Shown: one piece after another, positions 36,084 to 45,151 of the stretch
How the letters are laid out: every line of letters begins with the position of its first letter
Numbering within the stretch: position 1 is the first letter of the stretch
Source: an uncultured Lachnospiraceae bacterium
Lineage (GTDB): Bacteria; Bacillota; Clostridia; Lachnospirales; Lachnospiraceae
Assembly: GCA_947591155.1 (NCBI GenBank)
Contig: CANQDA010000002.1
Span: forward strand, 102,052-166,051
DNA length: 64,000 nt
Direction of reading: 5' to 3'
Notes under the pieces: model-generated
Seen by the model: only the letters and a program-made list of their open reading frames with translations
What the model was told of the DNA's origin: nothing
Database searches by the model: none
Program-made: the position numbers and the translations under genes

Positions 36084-36231
36084 TTCAAGAGGCAGTTTGG
36101 GCTTCGCGAAGCGAATTTGCATGCTCAAACTGCGCGTTGCTGGTCACGGAGTGAGCAGTAACGACGTTGACTTGCGGTCCAGACCAGGCCGAAGCACTTG
36201 CTGCTGAGGCCGTAAGAAAGTGATTCAAGAG
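36023..36231. repeat. Nested-palindrome intergenic repeat element, copy 2 (1.5 tandem units, 140-bp period)
   Basis: The 69-bp left arm at 36023-36091 is repeated at 36163-36231 with 1 mismatch. The core between them (cagtttgggcttcgcgaagcgaatttgcatgctcaaactg...cacggagtgagcag) is homologous to 20930-20995. Confidence 0.9.
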
Positions 36232-36334
36232 ACGTTGACAAAGAAGCAGGGAAATTTTGACCGGAATCCTTGAAACTCCCGACAGATTATACTATTATAA
36301 AACGGAATAGGTAGAAAGGCAGGAGGCAAGGAGA

Positions 36335-37432
36335 TTGAAGGGAAATCTGAGCTCTGCAGATTATGAAATCATGCATGGGTCCGACACGGTAGCCAGAATA
36401 AGTCACACGGGCAAAGTGGTTGTGTATAAAGAAAAATTCCTGCCCTATGATCTTTATCTGGAGGAAGGCCAGGACATCGATGATCTGGTCAATAATCTGA
36501 TCAACTTCTATCACTGGTGCGCGGCGAGGGTGCTTTCCCTGGACAGGCAGTATGCAAAAGAAATTCTAAACAGTATCGGCGTGGCGCAGGCGGTTACAGA
36601 CAGGGATCGCGCGGAGATTTCGCTGTCTTACCATTGTGTGTCACTGACAGACGTATATTGGGTGAAGACGCAGGATGAGGATATTTTGTACAAAGATATT
36701 AACTTGTATGATAATCCATTGAGCGAGGCGTTTGTAGAGCTGCCGTTAAGAGGAAAACAGATGACCGTTACCAATCGGGAGCTGGCGCAGGATCTGTCGA
36801 CAAGGGGCTGTTTTCCGAAAGCTTGGATCAGGGGAAAAGAAGGCCTTCTTCTTTTAAAGGACGGCGGAGAGGACGCCGTGAGAAGAGAACTGCTGGCAAG
36901 TAAGATCTGCCGGTGCTTTGATTACAAGCAGGTGAAGTACGAAGAAAGCGTTTATGCGGGAGAAAAGGTGACGAAAAGCCGTATCGTGACTTCAAAGGAA
37001 TACTCGATCGTCTCAAAGATGGCGTTTGATGTTTACGCGTGTAACCATGGCCTGAATACAGTGGATGAGTGCATAAGGATAGATAAAAAAACCTATTACG
37101 GTATGAATATCATTGATTATCTGGTCGGGAATACGGACAGGCATCCGGAAAACTGGGGCTTTATGGTCGACAATGCGACAAATGATTACATTTCCCTGTA
37201 TCCGCTCATGGACTTTAATCAGAGTTTTTACAGCTATGAGACGATTGACGGCGCGAATTGCCAGACGGTCTATTCCAAAAGGATGACTCAGAAAGAGGCG
37301 GCGGAAGAGGCGGTCAGACAAGTCGGGCTGAATCAGATACAGGAAGTGGATCCGGCAATTTTCGGAAATGAGGACGAGTGGAGAGAAATGTTTTATAAAA
37401 GGCTTGATGCGCTGAGGCGGGCTGTTTTATGA
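36335..37432 (+). CDS. HipA-like C-terminal kinase-domain protein
   Basis: IIDYLVGNTDRHPENWGFMVD...LYPLMDFNQSF matches the HipA_C catalytic loop (DRHxxN). TTG start behind ggaggcaaggag. No HipB-like HTH gene sits adjacent on the same strand. Confidence 0.65.
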   Translation: MKGNLSSADYEIMHGSDTVARISHTGKVVVYKEKFLPYDLYLEEGQDIDDLVNNLINFYHWCAARVLSLDRQYAKEILNSIGVAQAVTDRDRAEISLSYHCVSLTDVYWVKTQDEDILYKDINLYDNPLSEAFVELPLRGKQMTVTNRELAQDLSTRGCFPKAWIRGKEGLLLLKDGGEDAVRRELLASKICRCFDYKQVKYEESVYAGEKVTKSRIVTSKEYSIVSKMAFDVYACNHGLNTVDECIRIDKKTYYGMNIIDYLVGNTDRHPENWGFMVDNATNDYISLYPLMDFNQSFYSYETIDGANCQTVYSKRMTQKEAAEEAVRQVGLNQIQEVDPAIFGNEDEWREMFYKRLDALRRAVL

Positions 37433-37504
37433 GAGACAGAAGAGTTGGGGATTCGGCTTTCCGATGGGGAGAGAGGGATCCCCTGATTTTAGTTTTGCTG
37501 GAAC

Positions 37505-37684
37505 TCACTCGGAGGACTGATTTTTGCTCCGGCGGCGCTTACGGACGCATTCGGTCAGCAGGTACTCGATCTGTCCGTTGACGGAGCGGAAGTCGTCTTC
37601 CGCCCACGCGGCCAGCTCATTGTAAAGGGAGGAGGACAGCCGCAGAGGGATCTGTTTTTTCGCGTTTTCTTTTTTCTTGTCCAT
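37505..37684 (-). CDS. Ribbon-helix-helix (Arc/CopG-like) small protein, 59 aa; not in the ORF track
   Basis: My translation is [59 protein letters not shown]. The IPLRL(beta)-helix-...[10 protein letters not shown] pattern is typical of Arc-like RHH. It starts 18 nt after the SPFH gene stop. Confidence 0.6.
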   Translation of the reverse strand: MDKKKENAKKQIPLRLSSSLYNELAAWAEDDFRSVNGQIEYLLTECVRKRRRSKNQSSE

Positions 37685-37702
37685 GCGCTGTCCTCCTTTC
37701 TG

Positions 37703-38671
37703 CTAATAGATTGATCCGCTGTTTACGATCGGCTGTGCGTCCTTGTTGCCGCAGAGCACGACGAGCAGATTGCTCACCATCGCGGCCTTGCGTTCTTCGT
37801 CCAGTTCCACAATATCATTTTCATTCAATTTTTGCAATGCCATATCTACCATTGACACCGCGCCCTCCACGATTTTTTGGCGCGCGTCGATGATCGCGGC
37901 GGCCTGCTGGCGCTGCAGCATCGCGGAGGCGATCTCCGGCGCGTAGGCGAGGCGGGAGATGCGCACCTCCAGGACCGTGATCCCGGCGTTTTCCACTTTT
38001 TCCTGAAGCTCTTTTTTCAGAATCTCCGCGACCTCCTGCGTGCTGCTGCGCAGGGTTTTTTCATCGTCGTCGTTCGTGTCGTAGGGGTAGCAGCGGGCGA
38101 TGTTGCGCGTGATCGCGTCGCACTGGATTGAGAGATAGCTCTTGTAATTCTCAACGTTCAGCACGGCCTTTGTCGGATTCGTGACCTGCCAGATGACGAT
38201 CGTCCCGATCTCGATCGGATTGCCGAGCTGGTCGTTTACCTTCTGCTGTTCATTGTTCAGCGTAAGAATCTTGGTGGAGACTTTTCTGCTGAGCGAGGTA
38301 TAGGTGATGCCGCCGCTTCCGGCGGAGACAACGCCCGGCTTGACCGTTGGGTTCAGCGCGCCGCAGAACGGGTTGATCCAGTAGAAGCCGGGCTTCTTCA
38401 TGGTGCCGTAATATTGGCCGAAGAGGGCGAAGACCAGGGCTTCATTCGGATTGATGACGTGCAAGCCGCACAGGATGAGAATACCGCCGACCACAAGCAC
38501 GACGCCGAGGATGACTCCCAGGACGATGACGGGCACCGGCAGGCCGAGCACCGCCGGTGCGATAAAGCAGGGCAGGGAGAGCAGTATGCAGACGATGCCG
38601 ATAAGCAGCATCAGAAAGCCGGGTTTCCCGGTGATTTCTTTTTCTTCTACGTTGATCAGTTTTTCTTTCAT
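37703..38671 (-). CDS. SPFH/band-7 (stomatin-prohibitin-flotillin-HflK/C) domain membrane protein
   Basis: Two N-terminal TM helices followed by an SPFH core (...[30 protein letters not shown]...[24 protein letters not shown]). Confidence 0.85.
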   Translation of the reverse strand: MKEKLINVEEKEITGKPGFLMLLIGIVCILLSLPCFIAPAVLGLPVPVIVLGVILGVVLVVGGILILCGLHVINPNEALVFALFGQYYGTMKKPGFYWINPFCGALNPTVKPGVVSAGSGGITYTSLSRKVSTKILTLNNEQQKVNDQLGNPIEIGTIVIWQVTNPTKAVLNVENYKSYLSIQCDAITRNIARCYPYDTNDDDEKTLRSSTQEVAEILKKELQEKVENAGITVLEVRISRLAYAPEIASAMLQRQQAAAIIDARQKIVEGAVSMVDMALQKLNENDIVELDEERKAAMVSNLLVVLCGNKDAQPIVNSGSIY

Positions 38672-38879
38672 GGCTATCCTCCGTTCTTGAAAAGTGATAT
38701 TAAAATGATATCAAAATTATATATAATAGTACGTGTATTGTCAAGAATAAGATAAAGAAAAATGGCGGCCTTCCATTCGGTTGAAGTGTAATGGTTTTGC
38801 AGCAAAAAAGTATTTCGTTTTGTGTTGTAATCTGCACGTTAACCTTATATAATAAAACGTAATATGCGGAGGTATAAGT

Positions 38880-38996
38880 ATGGTGACGATGTCTATGAAT
38901 GAATTGACTTCTGAACTGACAGAGGACATGCTTATGCAATTCAAACGTATGAACAGAGAGGAACGTATAAAGCAGACTGTGTCGCTGTGTTTGTAA
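38880..38996 (+). CDS. Candidate small ORF (38 aa), hypothetical
   Basis: MVTMSMNELTSELTEDMLMQFKRMNREERIKQTVSLCL*. GGAGG lies 8 nt upstream. Preceded by TTGTAA-17-TATAAT (38825-38853). No homology evidence. Confidence 0.3.
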   Translation: MVTMSMNELTSELTEDMLMQFKRMNREERIKQTVSLCL

Positions 38997-39042
38997 GACA
39001 TTATTGCTTTGGCGTTACGCATCGGAAGGGAGTCTTGACGGA

Positions 39043-40617
39043 ATGGATACAAATGAACAAGGCAGCGGACTGAGTCTGCTGAAAAAAGGTCAGAAGGGAA
39101 TTATGCACGCGCTGTTCAGCCGGGTGGGGATCATGCTGGTGCTGCTGGTATTGCAGGCGCTGATGCTGCTTGGCCTGTTTCGCTGGTTTCAGGAATTTCT
39201 GCCGCATGTGTTGGGCGGGACGGTGCTCTTCATGATTGTCATGGTGCTGTATCTGATCAACAGCACGCTGGACCCGACGGCAAAGATCACCTGGCTGATC
39301 GTGATCATGCTGGTGCCGGTGTTCGGGGCACTGCTGTTCTGGTACACGCAGAGCGAGACCGGGCATCGCGCGGAGAAAAAGCGGCTCGAAAACATTCTGG
39401 CGGCCACAAAAGACAAGCTCCTGCAGGATGAGAAAGTGCTTCAGACATTGGAGCGGGAAGATCCGCACGAGGCGTCGCTTGCGCGCTATCTCCGCAGGAG
39501 CGGCTGTTTTCCGGTCTACGCAAACACGGAGACGACGTTTTTTCCGCTCGGAGAAGACAAGTTTGCGGAGATGCTTCGGCAGCTTGAGCAGGCGAAGAAA
39601 TATATTTTCATGGAATACTTCATCGTGGATGAGGGCTTGATGTGGGGCAGGATTCTGGAGATCCTTGCGAAGAAGGTCAAAGAAGGCGTGGAGGTACGCG
39701 TCATGTACGACGGCACCTGCGAGTTCTCCACGCTTCCGCACAATTATCCGAAAAAACTGAAAACGCTTGGAATCCAGTGCAAGTCCTTCTCGCCGATGTC
39801 GCCGTTTCTGTCGACGCACTACAATTACCGCGACCATCGCAAGATTCTCGTGATCGACGGGCACACGGCCTTTACCGGCGGCGTGAACCTGGCCGACGAA
39901 TACATCAACCATATCGTGAAGTACGGACACTGGAAAGATACTGCAGTCATGCTGAAAGGCGAGGCGGCGAAGAGCTTCGCGCTCATGTTTCTGCAGATGT
40001 GGAACATCACGGAGCGGCACGAAGAGTACGATAAGTATCTGAATGTGAAGGTTCCGGCGCTTGAAGCAAACGGCTACGTGATTCCGTACGGAGACTGCCC
40101 GCTCGACGCGGACAAGGTGGGCGAGCGCGTCTACATGGACATCCTGAACCGCGCAACCCGTTACGTACACATTATGTCGCCGTACCTGATCCTGGACGGC
40201 GAGATGGAGACGGCGCTGAAATTCGCGGCGGAGCGGGGCGTGGACGTCCGACTGATCCTGCCGGGGATTCCGGACAAGGCTGCGCCGTACGCGCTTGCGA
40301 AGACGCACTATAGGTCTCTGTTAGCGTCCGGGGTAAAGATCTACGAGTACACGCCGGGTTTTGTGCACGCGAAGCTGTTCGTCAGCGACGACTGCAGAGC
40401 CGTGGTAGGCACGATCAATCTGGATTACCGCAGCCTGTACCATCATTTTGAGTGCGCCGCTTACATGTACCGAACCTCCTGCATCCCGGAGATCGAGGCG
40501 GACTTCCACAAGACCCTGGAGAAGTGCCGCGCTGTTTCGGATGAGACGATCCGGCAGGAGAAGCGTTCCGTGAAGATCGAGGGCGCGCTACTGAAAGCGA
40601 TCTCGCCGCTGTTATAG
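39043..40617 (+). CDS. cls: Cardiolipin synthase (two HKD motifs)
   Basis: Two N-terminal TM helices and PLD motifs HRKILVIDGHTAFTGGVNL and HAKLFVSDDCRAVVGTINLD. The start codon is uncertain (39004, 39043 or later). Confidence 0.9.
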   Translation: MDTNEQGSGLSLLKKGQKGIMHALFSRVGIMLVLLVLQALMLLGLFRWFQEFLPHVLGGTVLFMIVMVLYLINSTLDPTAKITWLIVIMLVPVFGALLFWYTQSETGHRAEKKRLENILAATKDKLLQDEKVLQTLEREDPHEASLARYLRRSGCFPVYANTETTFFPLGEDKFAEMLRQLEQAKKYIFMEYFIVDEGLMWGRILEILAKKVKEGVEVRVMYDGTCEFSTLPHNYPKKLKTLGIQCKSFSPMSPFLSTHYNYRDHRKILVIDGHTAFTGGVNLADEYINHIVKYGHWKDTAVMLKGEAAKSFALMFLQMWNITERHEEYDKYLNVKVPALEANGYVIPYGDCPLDADKVGERVYMDILNRATRYVHIMSPYLILDGEMETALKFAAERGVDVRLILPGIPDKAAPYALAKTHYRSLLASGVKIYEYTPGFVHAKLFVSDDCRAVVGTINLDYRSLYHHFECAAYMYRTSCIPEIEADFHKTLEKCRAVSDETIRQEKRSVKIEGALLKAISPLL

Positions 40618-40820
40618 GGGAACGCGTTTTGTCGTTGCGAAATCGGAAATTTATCTGCTCCGGGAACAGGGTGTAAATTGACTGAGTTTCCGATAAGGAT
40701 CAGGAAGAATTGATTGCAGTGATGACAAAGAATACTCACAGGGCACATCATAACTCAGATTCTTGTGGGCTGGGAAATAGTTTTGCAGTTTCACAAAGTA
40801 TAAGAGAGGAGGAGAATTAT

Positions 40821-41174
40821 ATGTTATTTGTTTGCTATCCGAAATGCAGTACCTGCCAGAAGGCGAAGCAATGGCTGGAGCAAAACAAAATAAAATTTGA
40901 GGAGCGCCACATCAAGGAGGACCATCCAACGCTGGAGGAATTGAAAGAATGGCATCACAGAAGTGGACTCCCGCTGAAACGCTTTTTTAATACAAGCGGG
41001 CTGAAGTATAAGGAGCTTCAGTTGAAGGATAAGCTGCCGACAATGAGTGAGGAGGAGCAGTATGCGCTTCTTGCAACCGACGGACTTCTGGTAAAGCGCC
41101 CAATCCTGATCTGCAAAGATCGTGTGCTGGTCGGATTCAGGGAAGCCGAGTGGAAGGAAGCGCTGGGAGTATAA
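40821..41174 (+). CDS. ArsC/Spx-superfamily protein (arsenate-reductase-like thioredoxin fold)
   Basis: MLFVCYPKCSTCQKAKQWLEQNKIKFEERHI...FFNTSGLKYKEL...LLVKRPIL. GAGGAGGAG RBS before the ATG at 40821. Confidence 0.8.
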   Translation: MLFVCYPKCSTCQKAKQWLEQNKIKFEERHIKEDHPTLEELKEWHHRSGLPLKRFFNTSGLKYKELQLKDKLPTMSEEEQYALLATDGLLVKRPILICKDRVLVGFREAEWKEALGV

Positions 41175-41225
41175 ATATCTCAGGGCAAAGCTGCCTGGCG
41201 ATATACGGTTAAAAGGAGATAAAAA

Positions 41226-41993
41226 ATGATTCGTGAGATGACGGATACATCTGCCGCGGCTCGTCTGTTTGGCGACTGGCAGGAATCCCTGCTCTGGTCC
41301 TGTCTGGAGGGCGTTATGGGGAAACTGTACGCGCCGGAACAGAACCCGCCGCTTTCCGTGATGGCGATGCTCGGAGACTTTGTGTATTTTGCGGGAAAGC
41401 CGGACCGGGAGTTGGTTTCCTTCAAGCCGGACGGGTGCAGGAAGGATTTTGTGATCATGGTGCCCCAAAATGATGCGTGGGGTGAGATGATCCGGGGTGT
41501 ATACGGGACAAAGGCTACAGGGGTCACACGCTACGCGATTCGAAAAGATACAGAAAAATTTGATCAGGAAAAGCTTCGCAGGGTAGTTGCTCAACTGCCG
41601 GAAGAGTATTCGCTCAGTCTGATCGATGAGAAGTATTACGAGCTGTGCATGGCGGAAGAGTGGAGCCGGGATTTCGTCGCGCAGTTTGAAAACTATCCGA
41701 TGTTTGAAAGACTTGGACTCGGCGTCGTAGCAGTAAAGGACGGTCGTATCGTGTCCGGTGCTTCCTCGTATTCCCGGTATCGGGAAGGCATTGAGATAGA
41801 GATCGGTACAAGGGAGGAATTCCGGCGCAGGGGACTTGCATACGCCTGCGGCGCGAGATTGATCCTGGAATGTACGGCGCGGAATCTGTATCCGAGCTGG
41901 GACGCGCAGAATAAGTGGTCGGTCGCGCTGGCGGAGAAACTGGGCTACCAGTTCAGCCATGAATATCCGGTGTATGAGATACGAGGATATTAG
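41226..41993 (+). CDS. GNAT-family N-acetyltransferase (C-terminal GNAT domain)
   Basis: ...IEIEIGTREEFRRRGLAYACGARLILECTARNLYPSWDAQNKWSVALAEKLGY is the acetyl-CoA binding R/Q-x-x-G-x-A-type block. Confidence 0.65.
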   Translation: MIREMTDTSAAARLFGDWQESLLWSCLEGVMGKLYAPEQNPPLSVMAMLGDFVYFAGKPDRELVSFKPDGCRKDFVIMVPQNDAWGEMIRGVYGTKATGVTRYAIRKDTEKFDQEKLRRVVAQLPEEYSLSLIDEKYYELCMAEEWSRDFVAQFENYPMFERLGLGVVAVKDGRIVSGASSYSRYREGIEIEIGTREEFRRRGLAYACGARLILECTARNLYPSWDAQNKWSVALAEKLGYQFSHEYPVYEIRGY

Positions 41994-42052
41994 GGAGGAT
42001 GAGAGCGCCTGTGATCATAAAGCTTTTATCGCACTTCGTCTGAGACAGGCAG

Positions 42053-42421
42053 TCATGCTCCCGGGCAGGCGATCTCCATGACCTGCTCGATCATCTGATG
42101 GAGCAGCCGGGCCTGCGGCGTGTCGGCCGCCCGATAGTAGACTTCTTTCCCTTCGCGGCGGCTGACGATCAGCCCGCTGTTTTTCAGCGGTCTCAGGTGA
42201 TGGGAGACGGCGGGGCTTGACATCTCCAGCATGGCGGAAATGTTGATCACGCATTCTTCGCAGTGGCAGAGCAGCCAGAAGATGCGGATGCGCGTGGTAT
42301 CGCCGAGTATCTTGAATATGTCCGCCACGATCTGAAAATGTTCCGTGCGGTCGACCTGATTCTGGATCATCTCGATCTCCTGCGGTTCACTGTGATGGTG
42401 AGGCAACTCGATTTTACGCAT
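42053..42421 (-). CDS. ArsR/SmtB-family metal-sensing repressor
   Basis: FKILGDTTRIRIFWLLCHCEECVINISAMLEMSSPAVSHHLRPLKNSGLIVSRREGKEVYY: wHTH with a CxC metal site. Divergent from the HMA/P-type ATPase genes. Confidence 0.88.
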   Translation of the reverse strand: MRKIELPHHHSEPQEIEMIQNQVDRTEHFQIVADIFKILGDTTRIRIFWLLCHCEECVINISAMLEMSSPAVSHHLRPLKNSGLIVSRREGKEVYYRAADTPQARLLHQMIEQVMEIACPGA

Positions 42422-42543
42422 AGGGGTTCTCCTTTCCTTCTATCTTTTTAGGACTGCCTCAAAAGATATTTTGACAAACAATCTGTATAGCAGCAACTCT
42501 GACAGGGCCGAGGCATTTTATGCTGAGGCCTTAAATTTTTGTA

Positions 42544-42603
42544 TTGACGTTTCTTCTTTTTTGTATTATACTACAAACATAAAGATTAAACAAGTGCTTA
42601 ATC
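42544..42603 (+). promoter_or_regulatory. Promoter plus candidate ArsR operator for the metal-efflux operon
   Basis: TTGACG (42544-42549), 17 nt, TATACT (42567-42572). Inverted repeat GATTAA-N8-TTAATC (42584-42603) immediately downstream. Confidence 0.5.
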
Positions 42604-42633
42604 GTAAAATTGTAAGATCGGGAGGAAATCAAC

Positions 42634-42852
42634 ATGAAGAAAACTTACAAAATTGAAGTTGACTGCGCCAACTGCGCGAATCTGATGGAGGAAGCAACCC
42701 GCAAGACTGCAGGCGTGGCCTCTGCCACGGTGAATTTCATGACGCAGAAAATGATCGTGGAGTTTGAGGACGGACAGGACCCGAAGAGTGTGATGAAGGA
42801 CGTGCTGAAAGCCTGCAAAAAGGTCGAGCCGGACTGCGAGATTGAGCTCTGA
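42634..42852 (+). CDS. Heavy-metal-associated (HMA) domain protein
   Basis: 72 aa. IEVDCANCANLMEE carries a CxxC metal-binding loop in a ferredoxin-like fold. Confidence 0.8.
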   Translation: MKKTYKIEVDCANCANLMEEATRKTAGVASATVNFMTQKMIVEFEDGQDPKSVMKDVLKACKKVEPDCEIEL

Positions 42853-43024
42853 AAACAGAACGGTGTTCAAAGGGACATTTATTTCGGTGATAGGCTCCCA
42901 AAACCGTCACGTGCTTTTCTTTATGAGAATACGGCGCCCGCAGGACTTGCTCCGGCAGCTTGAAGGAGCCGTTTTTTTGAAGATTCAAGTAAACAATTAA
43001 GTATATCTTGAAAGGAAACATACT

Positions 43025-45040
43025 ATGCAGGAAATGATCATAGACATATTGCTTACGATCGTGGTGCTGACGGCGGCCGGACTTCTTCTCTTTATCGGCA
43101 GGCGCGAGGGCGGCATGACGAAAAAGCAGAAAAAGATGATGATCCGCATTCTGATCGCGGCAGCGATCCTTCTGGCGCTCCAGTTTGCCCCGGCAAAGCT
43201 GTTCGATCAGCTCGACCGCTATCTGTTCCCGTCGGCGGGACGTTGGATCCGTTTCGCCTGCTATCTGATCGATTACTTCATTATCGGATATGACATCTTG
43301 AGAAAGGCGTTACAGGGAATCCGGAACGGACGTGTGTTTGATGAGAATTTCCTGATGGCGGTTGCGACGATCGGCGCGATGGCGCTGGCGATCTACGAGA
43401 ACGGAGAGTATCTGGAGGCGATCGCCGTCATGCTCTTTTACCAGATCGGTGAATGGTTCCAGAGCTACGCTGTGGGCAAGAGCCGCCGCAACATCAGCAG
43501 CCTGATGGACATCCGTCCGGATTATGCGAATATTGAGAGAGACGGCAAGCTGGATCAGGTCGACCCGGACGAGGTGGAGACCGGCAGCGTGATCGTCGTC
43601 CAGCCGGGCGAAAAGGTGCCGATCGACGGCGTGATCATCGAGGGCAGCTCCAGTCTGAACACGAGCGCGCTGACCGGGGAGAGCCTGCCGAGAGAAGCAA
43701 AGACGGGGGACGAGGTGATCAGCGGCTGCATCAGCATGACCGGAGTACTGAAGATACAGACCACGAAGGAATTCGGGGAATCGACCGTATCGAAGATCCT
43801 CGATCTGGTGGAGAACGCCAGCTCACGCAAGTCGAGATCCGAGGATTTCATCTCGAAATTCGCGAAGGTCTATACCCCGGCGGTCTGCTACAGTGCGCTG
43901 GCGCTAGCAATCCTGCCGCCGCTTGTCCGTATGTTCTTCATGGGGCTTGGGGCGAACTGGAGCGTGTGGATTTACCGCGCGCTTACCTTCCTTGTCATCA
44001 GTTGCCCGTGCGCGCTCGTCATCAGCATCCCGCTGAGCTTCTTCGCGGGGATCGGCGGCGCGAGCCAGCAGGGCGTTCTGGTGAAGGGTTCCAACTTTCT
44101 GGAGCTTCTCTCAAAGACGAAAGCGGTCGTGTTTGACAAGACCGGCACGCTGACACAGGGTGTGTTTGAGGTGGACGGGATCCATCACAATGAGATAGAC
44201 GACGCGAAGCTGATCGAGTACGCGGCGCTGGCGGAGAGCGCGTCGTCCCATCCGATCAGCAAGAGCCTGCAGCGCGCTTACGGCAAGGAGCCGGATCGCA
44301 GCCGCGTGAGCGATATTCAGGAGATCAGCGGCAACGGCGTGATCGCGAAGGTAGACGGCGTGGAGGTGGCGGCAGGAAACGACAAGCTGATGAGGCATCT
44401 GGGCGTTTCCTATGTCGAATGTCACTTGGCCGGGACCATCATCCATGTCGCCGTTGCCGGGGCTTACGCCGGACATATTGTCATTTCCGACATCGTGAAG
44501 CCACACTCCAAGGACGCCATCGCTTCGCTCAGATCGGCGGGCGTCGAAAAGACGGTAATGCTGACCGGCGACGCGAAAAAGGTCGCGGATCAGGTGGCGG
44601 CATCTCTCGGGATCGACGAGGTTTACAGCGAGCTTCTCCCGGCCGACAAGGTGGAGAAGGTCGAAGCGCTGCTGCGCGCGAAGTCGGAAAAGGCTAAGCT
44701 TGCCTTCGTCGGAGACGGCATCAACGACGCCCCGGTGCTGTCGCGGGCGGACATCGGCATCGCGATGGGCGCAATGGGGTCGGACGCGGCGATTGAGGCG
44801 GCGGACATCGTATTGATGGACGACGATCCGCTGAAGATCTCCAAGGCGATCCGGATCTCGCGCAAGTGTCTGCGCATCGTCTATCAGAACATCGTCTTCG
44901 CGCTGGCCGTCAAGTTTGCCTGCCTTGCGCTGGGAGCTGTCGGTATCGCGAACATGTATCTGGCGATCTTTGCGGACGTGGGCGTCATGGTTCTGGCGGT
45001 GCTCAACGCGATCCGCTGTCTGTTTGTGAAGAAGCTGTGA
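43025..45040 (+). CDS. Heavy-metal translocating P1B-type ATPase (Cd/Zn/Co-type, CadA/ZntA-like)
   Basis: TGESLP, SCPCALVISIPL (CPC), DKTGTLT, MLTGD, VGDGINDAP. No N-terminal HMA domain, which is supplied by the separate upstream gene. Confidence 0.93.
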   Translation: MQEMIIDILLTIVVLTAAGLLLFIGRREGGMTKKQKKMMIRILIAAAILLALQFAPAKLFDQLDRYLFPSAGRWIRFACYLIDYFIIGYDILRKALQGIRNGRVFDENFLMAVATIGAMALAIYENGEYLEAIAVMLFYQIGEWFQSYAVGKSRRNISSLMDIRPDYANIERDGKLDQVDPDEVETGSVIVVQPGEKVPIDGVIIEGSSSLNTSALTGESLPREAKTGDEVISGCISMTGVLKIQTTKEFGESTVSKILDLVENASSRKSRSEDFISKFAKVYTPAVCYSALALAILPPLVRMFFMGLGANWSVWIYRALTFLVISCPCALVISIPLSFFAGIGGASQQGVLVKGSNFLELLSKTKAVVFDKTGTLTQGVFEVDGIHHNEIDDAKLIEYAALAESASSHPISKSLQRAYGKEPDRSRVSDIQEISGNGVIAKVDGVEVAAGNDKLMRHLGVSYVECHLAGTIIHVAVAGAYAGHIVISDIVKPHSKDAIASLRSAGVEKTVMLTGDAKKVADQVAASLGIDEVYSELLPADKVEKVEALLRAKSEKAKLAFVGDGINDAPVLSRADIGIAMGAMGSDAAIEAADIVLMDDDPLKISKAIRISRKCLRIVYQNIVFALAVKFACLALGAVGIANMYLAIFADVGVMVLAVLNAIRCLFVKKL

Positions 45041-45151
45041 TGTCGTAGCTGCCTTGAGAAGAAAATAACTTTTGTATTTGCTGCGATAGCGTCAAAGGGA
45101 AATTTATTGTTTGCTTATAGCCACATACACCGTCAAATAGAGGGGAGACAA

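Noticed and set aside
36023-36231. Could the 69-bp direct repeats be a CRISPR array or att sites of an integrated element?
   Set aside because: There are only two copies with a 71-bp palindromic spacer that is itself part of a repeat found elsewhere. There are no cas genes and no integrase. The better explanation is 1.5 tandem units of the intergenic repeat.
42893-42978. Possible attenuator between the HMA gene and the P-type ATPase (GGCTCC or GCTCC pairing alternatively with GGAGCC followed by T7).
   Set aside because: The stems are only 5-6 bp with large loops, and I cannot show mutually exclusive structures convincingly by eye. It may simply be a weak internal terminator. Folding and Term-seq would be needed before calling it.
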